A stretch of 64,000 nucleotides of DNA from a virus, in IMG/VR virus record IMGVR_UViG_3300021368_000004, positions 22,747 to 86,746 of that record, one strand, 5' to 3'. Below, in pieces: positions 57,731-64,000 of the stretch. The notes under the pieces were generated by a model. It did not search any database and had not been told where the DNA came from. It saw only the letters and a program-made list of their open reading frames with translations. Position 1 is the stretch's first letter. The number at the start of each line of letters is the position of its first letter. The position numbers and the translations under genes are program-made.

Positions 57731-57941
57731 TTTTGCCCTTACGCTTATTGTCTGGATGACCTCTACCGCCATCTGCTTTGTTTGCCCATACTGCTTTACG
57801 CTGTGCAGCTGATACATAACCTTCTTCTTTTTCTTTTTCGGCTTCTTTTTCAGCTTTAGATTTGCCAAATTTATCTTTCATGGGAGTCATTGAGCGTGCA
57901 ATCTCTTGAAGATTCTCCCGTAACTCGAAATAACTTTTCAT
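57723..57941 (-). CDS. Small basic protein
   Basis: MKSYFELRE N-terminus; S.AQRKAVWA. Confidence 0.55.
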   Translation of the reverse strand: MKSYFELRENLQEIARSMTPMKDKFGKSKAEKEAEKEKEEGYVSAAQRKAVWANKADGGRGHPDNKRKGKND

Positions 57942-59044
57942 TAGTCGTCTCCAAACATTTGTTTAAATTTCTTAGTATGTTTACTAGGTTTAGTTTTTGC
58001 ACCAGCGTCACCAGGAGCTGGCTTATATGATTTAGGATCTCCGTCTGGCATCTTAGCTTGACGCTTGAATTGTGCATCACGCTTTACCTTTGTAGACTTT
58101 TTCAATCCCTTATGATATGCAGCCGGCTGAGAACCGTCACGATCTTTAATTTCTGGATCCTGAGATTCTTTAGGTGCAAATTTCTTTTTTATATCTTTCA
58201 CTGATGCATCGGTACCATAATCGTAAACCTTCTCAACAGCATTTAACCATTGGCGAGTCTTGTTGCCATTTGCTTCAACGATCACATAGTTGGTACCACA
58301 AACTGTAATGGTACCAACTTCATTCGTCTCTTTTATAATGACCTCATCACCCTCACTAAATAGTTGTCCCTCTACATAAGCTTCACGCTCTGGAGAGACT
58401 GAGTCAAATTGTATCATATTTTTAAATTCTTTTGTTTCTTTGAGTCCGAGTCCTTTTCGAACATCATTAAATAATTTCTTAGCATCGTTATTAGACATTG
58501 CATTAGGTAAACCTTGTGCAAATTTAGAGAAATCATTGTCAGTTGCATACTTACGCTGCTTAGTGCCTGATGCACCTTCAGCTCCTTCAGCATCTGGATC
58601 TCTTTGACCAGCCGATACTATCTTAATTCCGTCTTTAAAGTTATAAAATCCATGCCGGCCTTTCTTGCCGTTATACATGTTTAACCTTTTACTATATTCG
58701 TTCACACGATCAGAACCAGCAACCATTACTACGCTGTTAAATCCTTCATCGTATAATGCAGATAGTGCTGCAAAAGGTGTTTTAGCTTTCTTGTTCATCA
58801 TTACCTGACGAGCATGCTTAGGAAACATCTTGCGCACATACTTAATTTTTGAATTGTATGGGATTGGATTTTTCTTATCATTTGATAGTGATAAGAATAC
58901 ACGGTATGGATTGCGTCCTGATGCAGACGCAAGTTTATCTAATAACTTACCATGACCTATAGTGGGAGGATTCATTCTACCGAAGGTAAAATAAACTGTT
59001 TTTTCCTCCTCAACCAGAAATTGAGAAAAACTATTAATAGGCAT
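57941..59044 (-). CDS. Cytidyltransferase-like (HIGH superfamily) nucleotidyltransferase
   Basis: FTFGRMNPPTIGHGKL, KNP, MVAGSDR, SAG.RDPD, SGTK.R. Confidence 0.85.
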   Translation of the reverse strand: MPINSFSQFLVEEEKTVYFTFGRMNPPTIGHGKLLDKLASASGRNPYRVFLSLSNDKKNPIPYNSKIKYVRKMFPKHARQVMMNKKAKTPFAALSALYDEGFNSVVMVAGSDRVNEYSKRLNMYNGKKGRHGFYNFKDGIKIVSAGQRDPDAEGAEGASGTKQRKYATDNDFSKFAQGLPNAMSNNDAKKLFNDVRKGLGLKETKEFKNMIQFDSVSPEREAYVEGQLFSEGDEVIIKETNEVGTITVCGTNYVIVEANGNKTRQWLNAVEKVYDYGTDASVKDIKKKFAPKESQDPEIKDRDGSQPAAYHKGLKKSTKVKRDAQFKRQAKMPDGDPKSYKPAPGDAGAKTKPSKHTKKFKQMFGDD

Positions 59045-59410
59045 TTACTTACCGCGTTTCCTTTGTAACTCTTGTTTACGCTTGTCTTTTCGCATACGTT
59101 TACCTAAATTTGCAATACGACCTGCAATTTTATCTAAACGTTTTTCAAGCGCTCCTTTTTGAGCTGCGGATAACTCGGACTTTGCTCTGCCTTTAGATAT
59201 CTTTTTACCTACATCTTTACGTGCTTGTCTCTGAGCACGACGATCTAGGCGTTTCTTATCGGCGATTTTGAACTTCAATCGCTTCTTGCCAATAGCAAGC
59301 TTAGCTTTGTTCTTCTTCATCATGACTTTTGCCCTACGTCTCTGCGCAGGAGTCCATGCTCGCTCATCTAATTCATCGTAGTTCTCTACGAATTCTCTGA
59401 ATTTTAACAT
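59045..59410 (-). CDS. Highly basic hypothetical protein
   Basis: MLKFREFVE N-terminus; K/R-rich. Confidence 0.65.
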   Translation of the reverse strand: MLKFREFVENYDELDERAWTPAQRRRAKVMMKKNKAKLAIGKKRLKFKIADKKRLDRRAQRQARKDVGKKISKGRAKSELSAAQKGALEKRLDKIAGRIANLGKRMRKDKRKQELQRKRGK

Positions 59411-60640
59411 TTAGTTCCGTCCCGGTTTATCCCATCCCTTTAATATATTGGGTGAAAAGTTGTTGTATGAAAATTCCATACGGTCAACGAGTTTCACTGC
59501 ATCACCACCAAGTTTATCAATAGCAACAAAGCCTTCGGCACCTGTTACTTTGAATCCATTCTTTGTCTTCACAAAAGATTTAACTTTCTGTAATGTATTA
59601 AGCTTATTTATAAGTTTTAATTTCGCTACTACAATTAATTTTTGCAGTTCGAACATTTTTATTAGATTTGCCTTGTTTTGTGGCGAAAAGAACGACAGCA
59701 TCTGCTGCTTAGCATCTCTTTGAGACTGCTTGCCCTTCTCTGATTTGCGTTTAGCTTCTTCTTTACCATACTTGAGGCCAATCCATTTGATCAGCATGTC
59801 AGTATGACGTCTTGTATTTTGTACTACCTGTCCTTTACGAACATATTTATTGTTAAATTGTTCTATCATCTGTGCAAGTTTTTGGTTGCCCTGCAGTTCT
59901 CGCAGTGTCGAACCTGCAATCTGATTGAATAATTTACCAGCTTGTGACAATGATTTGTTTACATCGTCAGTTTCTTTCTTAGTCATCAAAAGATTGGTAT
60001 GATCTCGCAACATTGCGTCTTGAGACCATACCGCTTTTGACTTTTTCATTCCTCTAACGTTGACACCGTAACTGGCTCTGAGGGAATCGAAACTATTTCC
60101 ACTATATGACGTGTGCCAGACGATCCCAATGGTAGCGCGTGTGATATCACGAGCAGCATCGTTATCAGCAGGAACAGCATAAACAATGGTGTTTGGATGA
60201 AACGTGACATATTTATTTCCTTTTATGGTTTCTTTCTTTACATCACCAGGGCCAAACAAGAAGTCGCCTTGAACAATCCCTTTAATTCCAAGTTTGGGCA
60301 ATTCACGTAAAGCAGACTTAAGCTTAATAGCAAGGTCGCCACTAGTATCACTATCAACATCAGCAGCGGTCTTATAAATTTTGGGGTTCTTATTGAAGAT
60401 CCCTTTTTTCGCAACGAAGAATACTCCGTCCGAAGGATCAGTACCAGCAAAAATAGCAGGGGCACCATCCCACTTAACAGATACGTTACCATCTTGCTCA
60501 CCTTTCAACATATCGCGTAAAGATCGTAATGCATTAATTGCTTGTCGAGTACCCTCAACTCCACCATAGAGAATCTTATCCTCTATGTGTGTCATGTGAG
60601 TATTCTTTTGCTCGGTTAATGTTTCTTTAAACGATATCAT
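59411..60640 (-). CDS. DUF6267-like protein with ligase-type nucleotidyltransferase motifs
   Basis: HMTHIED, VKWDG, QGDF, EGFV, VKLVDR.EFS..NF. Confidence 0.7.
   Translation of the reverse strand: MISFKETLTEQKNTHMTHIEDKILYGGVEGTRQAINALRSLRDMLKGEQDGNVSVKWDGAPAIFAGTDPSDGVFFVAKKGIFNKNPKIYKTAADVDSDTSGDLAIKLKSALRELPKLGIKGIVQGDFLFGPGDVKKETIKGNKYVTFHPNTIVYAVPADNDAARDITRATIGIVWHTSYSGNSFDSLRASYGVNVRGMKKSKAVWSQDAMLRDHTNLLMTKKETDDVNKSLSQAGKLFNQIAGSTLRELQGNQKLAQMIEQFNNKYVRKGQVVQNTRRHTDMLIKWIGLKYGKEEAKRKSEKGKQSQRDAKQQMLSFFSPQNKANLIKMFELQKLIVVAKLKLINKLNTLQKVKSFVKTKNGFKVTGAEGFVAIDKLGGDAVKLVDRMEFSYNNFSPNILKGWDKPGRN
59605..59612 (-). promoter_or_regulatory. Possible T4-type late promoter TATAAATA
   Basis: Exact match inside a CDS, about 195 nt upstream of the next gene. 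Confidence 0.4.
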
Positions 60641-60668
60641 CTTATTTCCCTGAATGTCGTACCGGTAT

Positions 60669-60697
60669 ATTATACCACGTTCTGTATTAATTGTACA
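60669..60697 (-). promoter_or_regulatory. Early promoter TGTACA-17-TATAAT
   Basis: Consensus match. Confidence 0.75.
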
Positions 60698-60699
60698 CC

Positions 60700-60921
60700 T
60701 TAATGATTATCCCAATAAGATTTACTTATCTCACCACGGTTTGCATCATTTGCATCACCTGTTTTACGCACTTGTACATAAACAGACGTTGCGCCTATTG
60801 TACGAACACCATTAGATGATAATGCCCATAGTTTTCTTTGCTGTGGTAAACCTGCACCAGGATCTGCTGGTGCATTCTGATATTCCCATCCACTCAGATT
60901 AGGTATAGCTACCCATGCCAT
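60700..60921 (-). CDS. Hypothetical protein
   Basis: Start overlaps the upstream stop; GGAG SD. Confidence 0.6.
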   Translation of the reverse strand: MAWVAIPNLSGWEYQNAPADPGAGLPQQRKLWALSSNGVRTIGATSVYVQVRKTGDANDANRGEISKSYWDNH

Positions 60922-61418
60922 TAGTCTGGTTCTCCCATTAATATGTCATATTCATTCTGATCTACAACACCTTCGCGCAATAGCTTTTCACGATTTGCCA
61001 TATGCTTCATTTGAATCTCTTCTTTTGATCCACCGAAGTAAGCCACTGCATGGCCTTCTTCAATCATAATACTTGTTAAGCGTCTTATTTCATATGAATT
61101 GTCTTTGTTTTTATATTCTATATCGAAATCGCCAAGGATACGGCCGAACTTGCCTTTCATATCCTCACCTTTTTTATTTTCTTCTGTAATAAGCTTTACA
61201 TGTTCGCTTTTAAATAGTTCTTTGACTCTTGCCTTTGCAGCTTCGCCAAATAGATCTTCTATTTTATCTCTTGTTCGTGACTCGGGTGTGTCAATACCCA
61301 TGATACGCACTCTTTCATCATGTAACCATATACCAAATCCTAAATCAATATCAACATCTACCGTATCACCGTCAACGACCTTAATTAATTTTACGTCGTA
61401 TTTGTTTTCGGTTGTCAT
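60921..61418 (-). CDS. Thermonuclease (SNase-like) nuclease
   Basis: KVVDGDTVD, RVRIMGIDTPESR, GKFGRILG, EGHA..Y.GG. Confidence 0.9.
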   Translation of the reverse strand: MTTENKYDVKLIKVVDGDTVDVDIDLGFGIWLHDERVRIMGIDTPESRTRDKIEDLFGEAAKARVKELFKSEHVKLITEENKKGEDMKGKFGRILGDFDIEYKNKDNSYEIRRLTSIMIEEGHAVAYFGGSKEEIQMKHMANREKLLREGVVDQNEYDILMGEPD

Positions 61419-61423
61419 TTTTC

Positions 61424-62488
61424 CTACCTGTATTTAAAATCACACATGAGTCGAGAAGGATAACCATCTTTACCTTGTGTATCTCTGAGATTTAATTTAA
61501 AAATATATGTCGGAGATGCCATCTCAATGTCGATACGTTTACCTTTACCGCCTTTACCACCATAATAAATCTTTGGTGCCCCAACTTGAGCAGCCTTCTT
61601 CATAGCTGCTTTACTCATTTCTTTTGATAGTATCCTACCAGTTAGTTTGTGTATAATATGATAATTAAAACCAATACCAGACTGCAATAAGTGTTGCAGT
61701 GCTCTGCGATCGTAACGTGGTCTATTGTCTACTGAACCTTTATGTTCGCCATTAAAGACTTCACAAAATTTCATTTCATCAATACCAAACATTTTTAATA
61801 ATTTTTTACCATCACGATTTCTAATATTAGAATTTTGAATATCATTTTTAGTTAATATTGTTTTTACGCCTACATTAAAGAATGTAGTTGTTCCACCAAG
61901 CTTAAGTGAAAGAAATACTTTTTTCTTACCTGGTTCTAAGTTTAATGTAATATCTGTAACAGATGCGCCTACATCAAATCCACTACCTTTTGGATTAGTC
62001 AATTGTATTCTAGGCGAAAAAACTAATGGTCTACGTGTATTTTCTCCACCTACTACATCTACTGTCAAATCTTTATAGTTTGATATATCGTACGTGTCAT
62101 TTAAATGCTTAATAGCATTTAACATATTTTTATCATTTACATCTTCACCTGACCACCATGCTCGCATTGCATCAGCAAATTGTGGTTCAAATAAATTACC
62201 TCGGTTATTTGCACCACGATTACCTGACGATCCATTACCAAATTTCATTTTAAGTGTAGATACACCAGCTTTTGATTTAATTTCAGTAATAGACATATCA
62301 TCTTGTATTGTTCTAGATATGTTTACATCTCTAGGTTTCTTTAAATCAAAGTTTATAGGTGTCTTATCACGTCTTTTTAATAGTGATAATAGATTCTTTG
62401 CATCGCTAATTGCTTCGGCAGAAAATCCTGCTTTTGACAATGTAGTTTCGATTTCAGGTAAATCTTTAGGAAAAAAGGTATATGCCAT
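61424..62488 (-). CDS. Putative PD-(D/E)XK restriction-endonuclease-like protein
   Basis: GNLFE ... VTDITL ... FLSLK.G motif spacing. Confidence 0.45.
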   Translation of the reverse strand: MAYTFFPKDLPEIETTLSKAGFSAEAISDAKNLLSLLKRRDKTPINFDLKKPRDVNISRTIQDDMSITEIKSKAGVSTLKMKFGNGSSGNRGANNRGNLFEPQFADAMRAWWSGEDVNDKNMLNAIKHLNDTYDISNYKDLTVDVVGGENTRRPLVFSPRIQLTNPKGSGFDVGASVTDITLNLEPGKKKVFLSLKLGGTTTFFNVGVKTILTKNDIQNSNIRNRDGKKLLKMFGIDEMKFCEVFNGEHKGSVDNRPRYDRRALQHLLQSGIGFNYHIIHKLTGRILSKEMSKAAMKKAAQVGAPKIYYGGKGGKGKRIDIEMASPTYIFKLNLRDTQGKDGYPSRLMCDFKYR

Positions 62489-62509
62489 CTTACTCTCAAT
62501 GTTTTACTC

Positions 62510-62517
62510 TATTTATA
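62510..62517 (-). promoter_or_regulatory. T4-type late promoter TATAAATA
   Basis: Exact match 22 nt upstream of the start. Confidence 0.75.
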
Positions 62518-62526
62518 TATTTTTTT

Positions 62527-62603
62527 TGGTCAGGGTGGTAGGATTCGAACCTACGATCTCTCGGATCCAAACCGAGCACTTTACCAGACTAAGCTACACC
62601 CTG
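62527..62603 (-). tRNA. trnP: tRNA-Pro (anticodon UGG), CCA encoded
   Basis: CAGGGTG/CACCCTG acceptor stem, CTCGG-TTTGGAT-CCGAG anticodon arm, GTAGG-TTCGAAT-CCTAC T arm, 77 nt. Confidence 0.97.
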
Positions 62604-62607
62604 TCAT

Positions 62608-62632
62608 AAAAAAAAGGCGGCACAAGGCCGCC
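62608..62632 (-). terminator. Rho-independent terminator
   Basis: GGCGGC-CTTGT-GCCGCC followed by T8. Confidence 0.75.
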
Positions 62633-62659
62633 GAGTTTGGGAGGGAGGAAAAATCCGTC

Positions 62660-62917
62660 TCAGCGACGGTAGATGTACGCATCTACCTTTGATGCATACT
62701 TAAGCGGGAGTTCATTACGATATTTGTAAACGCCTTGACGATGTCCTCGTCCATGAGCTTTAACATAATATCGATAATCATATCCCATATTCTTTAAATC
62801 TTTATTTAGGTTTGAAACCATACGACGAATGGATTCAAGCTCAGTTTGATCTTGATCATCCATTCCGAATGTACCTACGTACGAATCGCTACGTAGTTTT
62901 GTTTTATCATAATACAT
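62660..62917 (-). CDS. Hypothetical early protein
   Basis: R...Y.GTF; GRG.R; A...D.YIY. Confidence 0.65.
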   Translation of the reverse strand: MYYDKTKLRSDSYVGTFGMDDQDQTELESIRRMVSNLNKDLKNMGYDYRYYVKAHGRGHRQGVYKYRNELPLKYASKVDAYIYRR

Positions 62918-63324
62918 TATTCATACTCCCATTCTTTAAATGTAACGATGTTACAGATTTCCTTGACAACAGTTCTGCCAAGTTCCGTGAATAAAAATCC
63001 ACGATTGTAAACCCAATGCTCGACGCATTGCTCATGAGAAAACTCATCTTGCTGAGTCATCCAACGAAGAGCATCTTCACGTGTCTTTGCACCTAGAAGA
63101 TGATAGTACTCAACTTCTTTGTTGAAGTCAGCAATAGCTTTCTTCTCAGCCGCAGCTTCTGCAGCCATGACTTCATCACAAGCCTTAGAGATGCGGTCAG
63201 CTTCTCTTTCGAGTTCAGCCATTGACATTGAATCAAAGTCATAATGACGACCTTTGACACCGAACGCAGTCTTGTGTGCGTCGTAAATAAAGTCACATAA
63301 ATCTTGTCTATTCATTTTTTCCAT
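62917..63324 (-). CDS. Hypothetical early protein (YD.HK.A.G.K.R; GA..RE.ALRW)
   Basis: GAGG SD, behind an early promoter. Confidence 0.7.
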   Translation of the reverse strand: MEKMNRQDLCDFIYDAHKTAFGVKGRHYDFDSMSMAELEREADRISKACDEVMAAEAAAEKKAIADFNKEVEYYHLLGAKTREDALRWMTQQDEFSHEQCVEHWVYNRGFLFTELGRTVVKEICNIVTFKEWEYE

Positions 63325-63348
63325 AATATTCCCTCATTTGATAAGTAT

Positions 63349-63377
63349 ATACTAACATAAAAAGGGGTGCTTGTACA
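63349..63377 (-). promoter_or_regulatory. Early promoter TGTACA-17-TAGTAT; palindromic site at 63414-63429
   Basis: Consensus match. Confidence 0.75.
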
Positions 63378-63387
63378 CCCCTTTTTT
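63359..63387. terminator. Bidirectional terminator after pstS, overlapping the -35 box
   Basis: AAAAAGGGGTG-CTTGTA-CACCCCTTTTTT. Confidence 0.7.
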
Positions 63388-63414
63388 CACTTTTTTTACA
63401 TTTTATTAAAAGTG

Positions 63415-64000
63415 TTACATATTTGATACAGCTTCTTGAGTTGTCTCAAGCTCTGGATCTGCTACTAAACCATAATCTGCTAAAGGACCATCAGGACCTG
63501 CAATATCATCTGATACGAAAAATTCAATATATTCTTTCATACCTGGAACAGATTCTATATGAGCATGCTTTACATAGAATTGTAATGGACGAGAAACTGG
63601 ATATTCACCAGTTGCAATCGATTCTGTAGTTGGATATACGCCATTAATATTTGCAGCATATAATTTATCAGTGTTATTTACTAGGAAACTTAATCCAAAT
63701 ACACCAACGCCTTCAACATTAGCATCTAAGCTTGCTAGTGTTTCAGTATAATCTCCATCGATATCTACTGATGCACCGTCTGTTCGTACTTTATAACAAC
63801 CTTTTTTACCTAATGTTTCATATTCGCCAGCTGCTTTACAACCAACTCCCATTACTTTCTTTTCAAATACTTCACGTGTACCGTGTTTAGTACCTGGAAT
63901 GAATGCTTTGATTTTTACATCTGGTAGAGAAGGATCTACATCAGACCATGTTTTTGCAGTTGAACCTTTCTTTAACGCTTGAAAGATTTGTAGTGGTGTT
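63415..64000 (-). CDS. pstS: Phosphate ABC transporter substrate-binding protein PstS (3' part; 5' end outside the window)
   Basis: Frame is open to the window edge: WSDVDPSLP..KI..FIPGTKHGTREVF, RTDG, GVFGLSF, YPVSRPL.FYVK..H. Confidence 0.9.
   Translation of the reverse strand, partial: TPLQIFQALKKGSTAKTWSDVDPSLPDVKIKAFIPGTKHGTREVFEKKVMGVGCKAAGEYETLGKKGCYKVRTDGASVDIDGDYTETLASLDANVEGVGVFGLSFLVNNTDKLYAANINGVYPTTESIATGEYPVSRPLQFYVKHAHIESVPGMKEYIEFFVSDDIAGPDGPLADYGLVADPELETTQEAVSNM

Noticed and set aside
57871-58080. 69 aa - strand ORF
   Set aside because: It overlaps two better-supported genes in another frame
6212-62609. Numerous + strand ORFs antisense to - strand genes (e.g. 6212-6595, 11053-11538, 57035-57538, 62094-62609) and - strand ORFs inside the tape measure gene
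   Set aside because: Shadow frames of real genes with no SD, promoter or recognisable motifs
1-64000. Stop-codon reassignment or alternative genetic code
   Set aside because: Conserved genes are full length under code 11, with TAA, TAG and TGA all used as stops; the tRNA is an ordinary Pro

Overview
This is a 64 kb, AT-rich segment of a lytic T4-like (Tevenvirinae-like) myophage genome. It is most likely a marine phage of an alphaproteobacterial host, inferred from the PstS type, PhoH and gene order. Almost all genes are on the - strand. From left to right: (1) a tail-adjacent modification cluster (2OG-Fe oxygenase, methyltransferase, glycosyltransferase, sulfotransferase-like); (2) the baseplate/tail module (large DUF4815/VrlC-like protein, gp8, gp9/10-like, gp7, gp6, gp25, a gp5 split over three genes, gp27-like, gp53, gp48, then gp4, gp2, gp54, gp26, gp51 and tape measure on +); (3) gp32 and gp33; (4) an accessory region of small early genes, a late-promoter operon of secreted pilin/chaperone-like proteins and a second glycosyltransferase/methyltransferase cluster; (5) exonuclease, PhoH, DenV-like glycosylase, RNase H, GIY-YIG nuclease and a probable class Id NrdAB; (6) spanins and a cluster of basic proteins with T4 capsid-targeting-like N-termini; (7) nucleases, tRNA-Pro(UGG) and a partial pstS. 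The regulatory pattern is clear: ten sigma70-type promoters with -35 TGTACA-like/17 bp/-10 TAnnnT, many T4 late promoters (TATAAATA), and a helically phased GTGACA-N4-TGTCAC palindrome upstream of the early promoters. The best candidates for undescribed systems are the secreted pilin-like operon, a possible virion-protein modification system acting on D-S-[A/D] motifs, and a head-packaged enzyme/polyprotein cluster. All family calls come from motif recognition by eye; no database search was run.
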